Source: Octopus vulgaris (taxonomy: Eukaryota). From it: a DNA stretch of 64,000 nt. Below, piece by piece: positions 53,515-64,000 of the stretch (the stretch's first letter is position 1; every line of letters starts with the position of its first letter). Both the position numbers and the translations under genes were made by a program. The stretch is taken from contig OX597816.1 in assembly GCA_951406725.2 (NCBI GenBank), forward strand, positions 29,264,001-29,328,000. Reading direction: 5' to 3'. The notes under the pieces were generated by a model. The model saw only the letters and a program-made list of their open reading frames with translations, was not told where the DNA came from and did not search any database.

Positions 53515-53766
53515 CTTACCAAGAATTCACAATGACCTCAAACCCACAACAGTAAACAAGATAGACAGAGGCGGGCAGAAACAAGGAAAATGCCACTTGT
53601 ATTTCAATACTATACAAATATTCTTTTAAAAATATACTTTTCTTTTACTTTTTCCAAATTTAGTTGTTTTCCATACTTACAGTTCAAAAAGTCGCAATGA
53701 CTGGAACCGGTACTAAAATGGTTTTTATAAGATTATTTTAGCATTTTCTATCTTGACCGTTTTTCC

Positions 53767-53856
<90 letters not shown>

Positions 53857-53857
53857 A

Positions 53858-53909
<52 letters not shown>

Positions 53910-55730
53910 ATATATATATAAATGTATATGGCCACACACACACACACATATATATATATATACATGTGTGTCTGTATGTGTGTTTCTCCTCTCTCTTCTA
54001 TTCAATCATTCAGAATTCATAACCCATAGCTGTCTTCATGACAGTTTTTCTCACTCTATGTACCCACGTGGCCCTTTTTTTCATACTAACTAACAATCTA
54101 TTCCTTCAACATGAACGCAACATTCAAAATACTGCCTGGATTTACCTGAGATTATACCTAGGGGCATATACCTTCACGGAAGGACGGACCGATCTCCATA
54201 ACCTCTGAAGAATGATAAGCTGTGAATTTATTCTCTTATCGGAATCCTTCCACCTACTGTGTTTACTCATTATTGTTCTAACTACTATTTTATTCCTTAT
54301 AAAATGTCTATAACTTTCCCTGTCTATAACGTTCATACATACCTTGTGTTTGATGAAGGAATACTCAGTGTACAGGTATGCAAGCCTTTTACTTGGGATG
54401 TCCTACAAACAGCTGTAAGACTTCAAATTCACCTTACTCTAAGTAAATATTGTAAATGACTTGAGACCCTCTTCTGCCTTAATTTTTGTTGTCCTTTTTA
54501 TTCTAATACTATATCTACCTGCTAACTGAGATCCCTAATACAGATCCTTATGTCCAGCTCCTGCTGTGAGCATGGAACATAACGAATGACATGACAATTA
54601 TAGCACTTACTCAGTGTACCTATTCGTTTAGATCACCAGTGAAATAAATCCCTCATATTCTTTACTTGCACACACATACACACACACATATAAATATAAG
54701 AATCTTGACTTTTCCTGCATCTATGAGGAGTGAGAAGACGAAAAACAGCAGCAATAAGGTTTTCAGGTACACTAGATTAGCTAGTAAGGAGAGTGAATGA
54801 TTTACTCAAAATGGTGACATTACACAAATTATTGCACATGACTTGGTCTTGCTAAAGTCACACAGTTGTCAAATGCTGATATTACACTGGGCACTGAATT
54901 TTGTCCACCATTAATGAACAAGAACTTCAGTCTATAGCTTCATACTTAATGATTGCCTATAAACTCGCATTTACGAGGGAGTTGCTCGATCCTACTTACA
55001 GTAAAAGGTACCAAATATTCCGAATGGTCTGATAGACCCTAAGACTACTTCGTCAGAACCACATATTAATGTACTTTGTTGCTTTGGCCTTAAGTAATCA
55101 TAACAACGTAACGATAATTCTAATGTCAATACAAGAGAAATCAAAAAGCATAATTATGATTAGTAAAAGGCAAGCTACTAATATTTCTGAATTTTGCATT
55201 CACATAAATATGTAATTGGTTCATAATGTGCAACCAGACCCAGCAAGTAAATATTTGATATATTGATTTAACAGAGTACGTAAATATCTCTAGTCCATAT
55301 ATTCTTTAACATGCCTAACCTAACATTTTGCTGATAAAACTATAGTCCATTGAGAATATTACTAACAAGGTTTATATACTGATAAATATTTGGAACTAAA
55401 AATAAATTTTAAATCCTGCGTGGTACTGGCTTCTCATTTAGAATTTTACAGAGATCCCTGATAAACGATAACACATAGAGAGATATAGTTATCAAATAGC
55501 TGCCACCAAAATAGTTTGGAGAGTAGACTTTGTAGATCGAATGCACTTATAGTGATGCAGAAATAGCCGTCTGCTTCGAACATTCTCATTGCAATCACGC
55601 AATTGAGGTTCAGTCCCAATATAATGCAACTTATCACTATGCAGAGATCTATTTTACTCAACCGATCAGATCTGATGTACACAAACACACATACAAGCGC
55701 ATACACAGAAGCATTCTGACACACACACAA

Positions 55731-55828
<98 letters not shown>

Positions 55829-56296
55829 AATAATAAATCTCTGAACAATATATATATATACATATATGTATACATATATAAAAAAAATATTTTTTAAAAA
55901 TAAATAAATAAAACAAAATTGAAAAAAATAGAATAAAAAATATAAATAATAATAATAATAATTTTTTTTTTAAATAATTAAATAAAATAATAATAAAAAT
56001 ATATGTATATTTATAATTTCTAAGTTTAAATTATTAATTTAAATAATTTCAAAAAAATGTTAACTTTAATTTAAATATTTTAATTGGATTTTTATATTTT
56101 ATATTTAATATTTTATATTTTTTATATATTTTTAAATTTTATTTCTATGTATTAGCTTATGATTTTCATTGTTTGATTTGCCTAGTAGTGGTTTAATCTC
56201 TAATTTAATATAATATATATTTATACTATAAAATTAGATTTAATCATAAATCTAATTTTTCCCAGTAAGTTTGGATTTACTCCCTAATATTATTAT

Positions 56297-56445
<149 letters not shown>

Positions 56446-56959
56446 GTATTGGTGTCTGTGTTCACTAGTCAAGACTTAAACTTAATAATTCGATACGTAA
56501 CGACTGATAAAATAAATACTCGAGAAAACATTCACTGAGATGATATGATTAAATTAGTCATTTTTTTTTTTTTTGTTAGCATAGCTGTAATGAGTGAAGG
56601 TAATAAATTATTATAAAAGTGGCATGTTGAAACTCTGCAGTGATGTAAATCAAGAACGCATTTTCCGTTTTAGGATCTAAATCTTTTGTTGTTAATCATG
56701 CCCTTAATGTGGCAAAGTAAGATATATTTGTTTCTTATTTTCTATATCCTCGCATTATACTTTCCAAACAAGCAAATTAAAGAATATTTTGAAAGTGATA
56801 TCTATTTCATCCCTATGTTATATTATCCATAAATTAGCCACAACCAAGGCATTTGCTCCTGCAAATGAGCTAGCTACTCGGGGACCTACAATATTATACA
56901 GATTATCCTACCAGCGATATTGTTTCAGTTCCTCTGATGTTTGACCATGAGACAGCAAA

Positions 56960-57073
56960 TGGATCAACCCTCTAATCAAGTTCTTTCATGTTTTATTGTG
57001 AAAGGGTTTCGACCACCCTCATATGACTAAAAGTGGACCGACATATTGCTATTAAATAGACAACTGTCGAGTA
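56960..57073 (+). repeat. 114-bp exact direct repeat, copy 1 (copy 2 at 58212-58325)
   Basis: TGGATCAACCCTC..CAACTGTCGAGTA is identical in both places. Confidence 0.95.
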
Positions 57074-57672
57074 CATGGGAAACGGTTCACTGTGAGGCGT
57101 TGAATAAGAGTGTTGAGTCTTTTGTAATAGTAATCGTATTGCATCGTGTAAGCACTTTCTTTCGCCTGAAGGATATTAAAGTGGCGACGAGTTCTTCGAA
57201 ACTTGCGTTGGCGGTTTAGATTGTTTTGGTGGTTTTTTTTCGGTACGAAACCAACGAAAGAATCATTTTAACAATGAAGATTTATTGGCTTCCATGATGC
57301 AGCTGCACACGTAGATATGCAAACATTCGCATCAATCGATACATACATGATCGCCTAAAATTTGCGACGGAAAGGTCGAAAATATTTACGCATATATGTG
57401 ATAAGTACAGAAATTATCAGTCTAATTTCTGCGAAGGATATATATTTAATACTGTGGCAAGTCTTCGATAGTCAAACTAAGTGGTTTAGCTCGTGGAAAA
57501 CTTAGGGATCTCTCATTGAACCAATCGAATCTAGTTGTATGTAATATAGGGTTTATAGACATAGAAGTATACTCTGATGTTATTGGAATACAAGAGCTTT
57601 ACCCGCACCCGATAATGTCATCAAAGTTACAGATACAGGCACACTGAAAATCGAGGTGGTTGACACTATTCT

Positions 57673-58105
57673 GGGATCTTTTCTGTTTGAACGGCAGTTT
57701 TTTCTAGTGGCGTCATATGAAATTATCACCCATAATTATGACCCTAGTATCGATCTATTGCATTTCAGTCTGTTTTAGGGTTAGGGTTAGTTAGGGTTAG
57801 TGTTAGGGGTGGGGGAAGGGTATCTTTTTTCTCCACAAATTTAAATTAACCTACTCTGTTTCTTAAACGAGGGGCATATTCATACGGCACAGAATGTTTT
57901 CACCTCAATAGACGGTGATTGATTGGTTGAAATTGCCGAAACACAATAAATTAAAGACCAAATGTCTTACAAACTATAGAATTTTCCCAATAAAGCCAAG
58001 AGAAAAAGATGTTTTATAAACACATTCTACCAGTATACGAAGTTTAAAATTTTTTAGTTACCTAGAAATTATGTTAAAAACTGCAGTTCAAACCGAAAAG
58101 ATCCC
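57673..58105. mobile_element. MITE with 30-bp TIRs and internal TTAGGG repeats
   Basis: GGGATCTTTTCTGTTTGAACGGCAGTTTTT / AAAAACTGCAGTTCAAACCGAAAAGATCCC (2 mismatches). Flanks TATTCT / TAGTCT may be a 6-bp TSD. TTAGGG-type units at 57775-57808. Confidence 0.85.
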
Positions 58106-58211
58106 TAGTCTGGAGTAATATACGTAACAGTTCCATGCATATATATATAGTAACATGTAACGCAGAACATACGCGAATTTCCATAAGCCGAACGCTGTTG
58201 CTCAAATGAAT

Positions 58212-58325
58212 TGGATCAACCCTCTAATCAAGTTCTTTCATGTTTTATTGTGAAAGGGTTTCGACCACCCTCATATGACTAAAAGTGGACCGACATATTG
58301 CTATTAAATAGACAACTGTCGAGTA
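58212..58325 (+). repeat. 114-bp exact direct repeat, copy 2
   Basis: Identical to 56960-57073. Confidence 0.95.
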
Positions 58326-58562
58326 TCTATTTCTATCTATCTATCACTTTTTCCAGGTATTAGTGACAAAAAGGTAATATGAACTTGTTGCATATCCATA
58401 CGTACGCCAGTCAAGTATTTTATGAGTGAACAATATGATATAGAGAACCTTGAGAGAGTGCAAGCATTTTTTGTTATTAAATAACATCACTAGCAATTTG
58501 CACGCCAGCCTATCATGTAATATGATGGTTACCCTAGAACTGTGTGCAATATTAGAGCTTGG

Positions 58563-58952
58563 GTAGTGGAGGCGAAATGGCCCAGTGGTTAGGGCAGCGG
58601 ACTCGCGGTCGTAGGATCGCGGTTTCGATTCCCAGACCGGGCGTTGTGAGTGTTTATTGAGCGAAAACACCTAAAGCTCCACAAGGCTCCGGCAGGGGAT
58701 GGTGGTAATCCCTGCTGTACTCTTTCACCACAACTTTCTCTCACTCTTTCTTCCTGTTTCTGTTGTACCTGTATTTCAAAGGGCCGGCCTTGCCACTCTC
58801 TGTGTCACGCTGAATATCCCCGAGAACTACGTTAAGGGTACACGTGTCTGTGGAGTGCTCAGCCACTTACACGTTAATTTCACGAGCAGGCTGTTCCGTT
58901 GGTCGGATCAACCGGAACCCTCATCGTCGTAACCGACGGAGTGCTTCCATCC
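58563..58952 (+). mobile_element. SINE family C, tail type 1, full length with 12-bp TSD
   Basis: Reverse complement of 43006-43390. TSD ATTAGAGCTTGG at 58551-58562 and 58953-58964. Confidence 0.92.
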
Positions 58953-60258
58953 ATTAGAGCTTGGACTGTATACCCGGCCAAAATATTTCAGTAATGAACT
59001 GCATTTTAAAATTTTGTATATTTGTATATATTCATAAATATGTATATTAAGATTTCTCTCCTCTCTCGCCTTCTTTCTCACTCTCTCTCTCTTCCCCTCT
59101 CTCTCACATTCTCTCTGTATGTATGTGTGTACTTATAGACATAAACGACCTCTCACACACTCACATACACATGCATATATTTGTCATCTACTGCAATGCT
59201 TTCTGAAGTGCTAATATCTGGCATTAACATATGTAATATCTATATGCACAATACAAGGTTATCTCCTTGGATTTATTTAGCATCTTAGTTTACCATCCTA
59301 CTTTTTGTTTGAGCTGTGAACTTATAATGTAGTCAGTAGCAATTATTATTTGCCGATGATCATACTCATACTAGACTTATCAACTTGAATTTCTGAGCAA
59401 CTTCACTCAAAATTGTAATAATGGGGACACGAGTTATTTACTGTGTATATATCCTTATAAAATTTATTTAATAATGATTTTATATTCATTGAAATGTACG
59501 ATAGTAAATTGAACATTAAGCTAACATAGACCTGTCATAAAATGCATAAATATTTGACTGATGATGTGTCTACAAAATGCTCAAAATTCAAATCCTAGCA
59601 GTAGTGGCTATATGATTTAAACTAGATCTACTATAGCAAAAAAATAAAGAATAAAAAATAACCGTTTCTGTATGTAAGTATAATATTGCTTAAAATTCTG
59701 ATGATTGACTGAGGAATTTTAATATTCCAAACGTAGAGCACATATCTCACAGGCGTATAGTCAAAACATCGCTCATAAAAATGATAGAAAAGAAACTTCA
59801 TGTATATGTTAACATATATTCAGATAAATATACACACTATATATACATGCATTCATACATAGATACGTACATATATAGATGTTTCCTTGTTCCTTTTTAA
59901 TGTTCAACTGCCAGATGCATATGACAGCTGTCTTAGCTGACATACCGACACATATTTTATTTTCTTTATTGAAATATCAGCTGATGTCTCTTGTTAGTAT
60001 CCCAGCAAAGAAGAAACATGAATTGATAGATGTGTCTGGAAAAATAGGTAAACAAAATTTACATCAATTTTATATTCGAATATTTTCGAGTTCGTCACTC
60101 ACCTACTTTATCGTCTATACTTTGTCACAGCTCTGAAATTTTTAATGTAGTTGAACTGATTTATTGAGCACTTTTGTGAAACGAGCCACGATAATATTGA
60201 TGTTGTAAAAGTTTTGTTAGTATGTAATTTCACATATATATCTATCTATTTCTGTCTG

Positions 60259-60545
<287 letters not shown>

Positions 60546-61278
60546 AGATATCGCTCCTCAGATGATACAGCTTTATGGAAAGTTGATATCAAAAGAGGAA
60601 TTTACCCAAGAGATTCTTTATGCCCTTGAATATTTGTGTTATGTTTACTTCAGAAAAGTAAAGGCAGGGTATTAGCTTAGAAATATAAAAGGAATAAATT
60701 AAACATTTCCTCTACACAGATGATATGAAGAATTCTAGTTAGTATAAAAAAGAAATTCTTTAATATAAGATGCTTCAGCAAAATTATATGTATGGAATTT
60801 GGCATAGGTAAGTGCGCAACATTAGCCATAAAGCGGAACATCTATCAGCAGTGTAGGCGTAAAATTATTAGACTGTGAAACATTATCATATTTCAAAGAA
60901 AGAGAAAGTGAAAGTTATCAAGTGCATTAGAATCTGACAATCATTTGGACGTAAAGATATGAATTCTGTAGACGAGATCAGAATAGTACTGGAGTAGTAT
61001 TTTTTGTCACGGGCAAGTGTATTTTGGAAGAGAGACCTTGCAAGTGTACCAGAAAGATGTAAGAGTATTGACGAAAACAAAGAGAAATGTGTTTATCTTA
61101 ATTTAAATAAATATAAACGTACAAAAAACCGCAATATTTATAGGATGACCCTATATATATATATAGAGAGAGAGAGATGGATAGATAGATAAATTGATAG
61201 ATAGACAGATATACATATACACATATATATATATATAGAGAGAGAGAGACATATATAATATATGTATATATACATACA

Positions 61279-61326
<48 letters not shown>

Positions 61327-61329
61327 CGA

Positions 61330-61360
<31 letters not shown>

Positions 61361-62169
61361 TATATGCATGTATATGTATGCATAAATATGCGTATGGTTG
61401 TACATCTATTTATCCATATATTGCATGCGTATATGTGCATATACGTGTGTGTGTCTATGTGTCTGTGTGCATGCTTTCATTTATGTACGTATCTCTGCGT
61501 AATGTTATCTGAGTAGGAGTGCATTCTATTAATTACTTAATATGGCTTACATTAGTGTAAAATGATATGATACCCAAATATAATGTTTACATTCTTGTCG
61601 TTGTTGAATTTGAAATTTCTTCTCTTTCTCCGTTTAAGGTATGATTTACTAAACGTCATTTGGAACGGAATGTGATTTCCCAGGTTTTTATTTCTTCAGC
61701 GAAGATTTACTATGAAACCTTCTGCACCATTCGATCTACAACTATTTGAAATTTTGCCAATGGCTGCTCCCAGAAATGTGGGCAGATTATATTTGGAGTG
61801 AGTAAATATATTTTTGTTGATGGCTATGAAATATCGTTGATGGCTATGAGTCTCTGAATAAAATATTGATAGATCCATATACTGTTATCTTTAGTTTGGT
61901 ATTATTTTACAGAAAACAATTAGCTTGGTAAATAGCAGCTACAAATGAAATAGCCAGCGAGGCTCTAAAAAGTCAATTCGTATAATAATCGGTAATTCAT
62001 ACTAGCTACAAAACATACAAATCGCTCCATTCTTCAACTCACGCTCTCTCTCTCTCACTCTCTCGCTTTGCCTCTAACTCGTTGTCCTCTGTGTATTTGC
62101 ACATAAAATGATGCACATAACTATACACATATGGGTCTATCTATCTATCTATATCTCTCTCTATTTATC

Positions 62170-62420
62170 TCTTCTTTTATTCTGTTATTCTTTTGCTTGC
62201 TTCAGTCATTTGACTGCCACCTTGCTGGAAGACCTCTTTAAAGGGTATTAGCCAAAGAAATCGATCCCGGGCCTTATTCTTTGTGTGCCTAGTACTTATT
62301 CTATCGGACTTTGTTGTCGAACCGCTAAGGTATGTGGATATAGGCACACCAGCACTGGTTGGCAAACGATGGTGAGGGTACAAGCGCAGATACATACACA
62401 CAAATATAAATAAATATATG

Positions 62421-62482
<62 letters not shown>

Positions 62483-62916
62483 TATATTATTTTATTCTCT
62501 TATTTGTTTCAGTCATTTGATTGCAACCATGATAGAGCACCACTTGCAATGATGTTAGCCGAATATATCGACACTAGGACTTCTTTTTAAGCGCAGTACT
62601 TATTCTATTGGTCGCTTGCGCTGAACCACTAAGTTACGGCCATGTAAGCACACTAACACCAGTTCTAGAGTCGTGGTAGATTGACAAATATAGACACACA
62701 GAAACACACATAGGTATACACATACTGTACATACATACATATATACATATATACATATATATATAGATATACGACGGGTTTCTTTCAGTTTCCTTCTACC
62801 AAAAACACCCTCAAGGCTTTGGTCAGCTCGAGGCTACAGCAGGTGGTCCCACGCTGTGGAAATGAAACCGGAAACATGTGGGAAGCAAGCTTCTTAACAC
62901 GCAGCCACTCCTGCTC

Positions 62917-62918
<2 letters not shown>
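62170..62918 (-). mobile_element. Two tandem diverged SINE family A copies (3' half ~62170-62470; near-full ~62490-62918)
   Basis: Two TTCAGTCATTTGA..AGTACTTATTCTAT blocks and one head ..CAGCCACTCCTGCTCCTA. Confidence 0.8.
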
Positions 62919-62962
<44 letters not shown>

Positions 62963-63174
62963 ACTCACACATAACGATGTGTAATCGTACGATCCAGTGA
63001 TCTGGGTGTAGGAAGTGAGTAAGATTCGAGCAATCTGTAGGAAGCATAAAAATCAATTTTGAGGAATAGTAAATTATTGGCGCAGAAGGATTTTTTGGGT
63101 TTTTTTTTCCCATATCGATGTTCGATAAATTCAAAACAGTGTCTTTTGTAGTTCATGACTAACAACCAGGGTTT

Positions 63175-63787
63175 TTATGAATGCGAATAAAAATCCAAAT
63201 TCAGAGAATGCAGCACGTAAAATCCAGGCTGCATATGTTTCCTAGCTAGCAGCACCTTATCCGGATATAATTATTACTCATCAGGACGGAGATAGCTTGG
63301 TTAAATGAAGGTTACATTGTCGTCAAGGGATCGTAAGTTAACTCGCAGAAGATGCAATTTAAAAGAGAGAGTATCTCGAGTTGTGTAATTCTAATTTCCG
63401 AGATTCTGCTAGCTATAAAACATATGTAGCCTAGATTTTACCTTGTTCCTTCCCTAAGTTTCGATATGTGTATATGTATGTATGTATATATAAATATATA
63501 TACAAAATTTAGGAAATGGAGTAGATAAAATCCAGGCTTCATATGTTTCGTAGCTAGCACAACCTCTGAAGTAATAATTGCCCAAACGAAGTGCAAACCG
63601 CTACCTAGCAACTCGTCAGAACAAAGATACCTTCATTTGACTAAGTTACCTTTGGCCTGACCAGTAGCTAGTGGAGTACCCCTTTTTAGTTTATAAGAAA
63701 TACTGAGTTTTTGCTGGCTATGAAGCATATGTAGCCTAGATTGTGTCTACTCCATTCCCTAAATTTGGATTTTATTTGCATACATAA
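63175..63787. repeat. Array of four related units in alternating orientation carrying degenerate hammerhead motifs
   Basis: AATCCAGGCT.CATATGTTTC.TAGCTAGCA at ~63221 and ~63529, and its reverse complement at ~63407 and ~63712. CTGANGA-like boxes at 63278-63284 (-), 63613-63619 (-) and 63657-63663 (+). Confidence 0.75.
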
Positions 63788-64000
63788 CAATCGCAGTTGC
63801 TCATCGGCTTATCGAACTTCGATATGGGAAAAACCTATGGACTTCTACGTCGAAAAACCACAATTGTCCCAGCAAGTTGTACGTTTTATACATTGTACGT
63901 ATTGCTCAAATATTACTAAATTCATACAACTCGCACACACACGCACACACACATACAAAAACACACACATGCAAACACACACACACATACGCACACACAC

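Noticed and set aside
57775-57808. Interstitial telomere or fusion scar
   Set aside because: Only a few imperfect units, lying inside a TIR-bounded MITE.
56960-58325. TRIM/LTR element bounded by the 114-bp repeats
   Set aside because: Copy 2 does not end in CA, there is no polypurine tract before it, no TSD, and no convincing primer-binding site.
58567-58640. tRNA genes at SINE heads
   Set aside because: A/B-box heads continue directly into SINE bodies with tails and TSDs. I could not assign them reliably to named octopus SINE families, so neutral labels A-D are used.
63175-63787. CRISPR-like repeat/spacer array
   Set aside because: The repeats are long, diverged and alternate in orientation, the context is eukaryotic, and there are no cas genes.

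Overview
This is AT-rich, microsatellite-dense eukaryotic DNA with no recognisable intact host protein-coding gene, so it is probably intergenic or a very large intron. The SINE repertoire looks like that of an octopus (coleoid cephalopod); this is inferred from memory of these repeats, not from a search. Almost every ORF in the track is a microsatellite or SINE artefact or a decayed transposon frame. Content: four tRNA-headed SINE families, decayed R4/Dong-like LINE pieces, several Penelope-like element (PLE) remnants, a near-complete Tc1-superfamily element with DD36E spacing, further Tc1 and mariner fragments, a non-autonomous Helitron and several MITE-like foldbacks. The most interesting signals are non-coding. 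(1) A set of type-I hammerhead-ribozyme-like motifs in PLE-type terminal repeats: one with an intact core at 16770-16856, three minimal variants, and a four-unit alternating-orientation array at 63175-63787. (2) A 312-bp near-perfect palindrome built inside an old SINE. (3) Three short local duplications over 1-4 kb that look like templated insertions. (4) A SINE family with two swapped 3' tails that sit in different target contexts. Hammerheads in PLEs are a known class; whether these octopus-type units are active or undescribed cannot be settled from sequence alone.
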